Below are positions 63,050 through 64,000 of a stretch of 64,000 nt of DNA, piece by piece. Source of the DNA: Takakia lepidozioides (taxonomy: Eukaryota; Plantae; Bryophyta); contig CM060732.1 of assembly GCA_030704615.1 (NCBI GenBank), forward strand, positions 59,334,001-59,398,000. The letters run 5' to 3'. The notes under the pieces are model-generated. The model saw only the letters and a program-made list of their open reading frames with translations, did not search any database and was not told the origin of the DNA. Numbering within the stretch: position 1 is the first letter of the stretch; the number at the start of each line of letters is the position of its first letter. The position numbers and the translations under genes are program-made.

Positions 63050-64000
63050 ATGTACTCAGAAGACGTTTGTCACAGCCTTGTGGCCATAGACCGTAAGGAG
63101 ACAGAATGTACTCATAAGACATTGTTTGCCGTAGCCTTGTGGCCATAGACCCTGCGCCCAGTTTGGGCGAAACAGAAGGGACCAGAAAGTACCTTTGTGA
63201 GGGGCTCACTCCGGTAGTGTGACTTACCTTGGTATAAATAATTAGTTCGGGCTTTCCAGATATCCTCTAGAATGCCCTTCACACAAGCATCAATATCCTG
63301 TTGTGAGCGGCCCAAAAGTTAGACCCCAACAGGGCTTCGGGTTTTAAGGCTCAGCCTGGTGCTGGGACAGTGTCTTGATTGTCCTGAAGAGGGTCACTCT
63401 CTGGTGAGAATATCCCGGACAATGTATCAGAAAATGGACATTATCTTCAGGTTGCCCACACATCGGGCAATTACAATTTCCTCTTCCTCTCTGCATCTGT
63501 TTGTTGTTCAGAGGTAGGTTTCCCACCTACCTGCCCTTGGCACTATACTGAAATTGAAACCTTGAGATCATCCTTAAGGTCCTCGCCCATGTCATAGACT
63601 GGAGACAAGTTTTTTATGCCTAACTCCATTTTCATTGGACAGTCTTTGGGCATCAGACATGGCTTTGGACACAACCCCCTCCAGGACACTTTTTCCAGTA
63701 GGGGGTCAATTCTTCTGGACTGATAGTCAGATACTTGAAAAACTCTTCTACCCTTTTCCCACCAAGACTTAGCCTGTTTAACAGGATGGTCTTGCTTCCA
63801 AGAAATAGTGTCAATTATCTTAGAGTATCTGGTATTAGGCATGCAATTCAACTCACCCCACCATCTGACCTTGAATTCATCACGTCAAGAGGGATATGCC
63901 AAACTCGCCCCGAACAGTCACATTAGCTGTTCTAGAACAAGCTGACATGCTTTCATTGTGCACCGTGACCTGAATGGATTCTAGAGCTTTAGCACGACTG
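63050..64000 (-). mobile_element. Older LINE-A copy (runs off the window) preceded by an extra short 3' end
   Basis: Two ATGTACTCA(G/T)AAGAC ends at ~63050 and ~63106, then degenerate CPMC...HFLIHC and WKQDHPVKQAKSW sequence. Confidence 0.85.

Overview
Eukaryotic, land-plant nuclear DNA. It is intron-rich, has TTTAGGG telomere motifs and PLS/DYW-PPR relics, and could be a non-seed plant, but the species cannot be fixed from sequence. Host genes: a complete 27-exon spliceosomal DEAH helicase (ESP3/DHX16/Prp2-like, 2628-16703, +), a small membrane-protein gene (-), PAM68 (+) and a multi-exon DUF547/MIP1-like gene (-). Pseudogenes: a secreted Gly/Pro-rich protein and PPR/DYW genes. Much of the window is transposon-derived. 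(1) A 12.56-kb Mutator-like element (27227-39785) has ~420-440-bp TIRs, a 9-bp TSD, a spliced DDE/SWIM transposase, and a convergent giant gene with Q/T-rich repeats ending in a Ulp1-type protease. The short motif CAGTC(C/T)G saturates its TIRs, introns and exons, which resembles VANDAL/VANC anti-silencing systems. (2) A very abundant single-ORF APE-RT LINE ('LINE-A') has its ORF running to within ~7 nt of a (TC)n tail. It re-inserts at TCT sites, including its own TSDs and its own copies, and at one site is joined to telomeric repeats. (3) An intron-containing inverted copy of the helicase 3' end, flanked by a 26-bp duplication, sits at the putative splice acceptor of the neighbouring gene. 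Also present are hAT-type MITEs, a second LINE family with a (CATTT)n tail and a tRNA-like SINE head. All family assignments come from motif recognition, not database searches.
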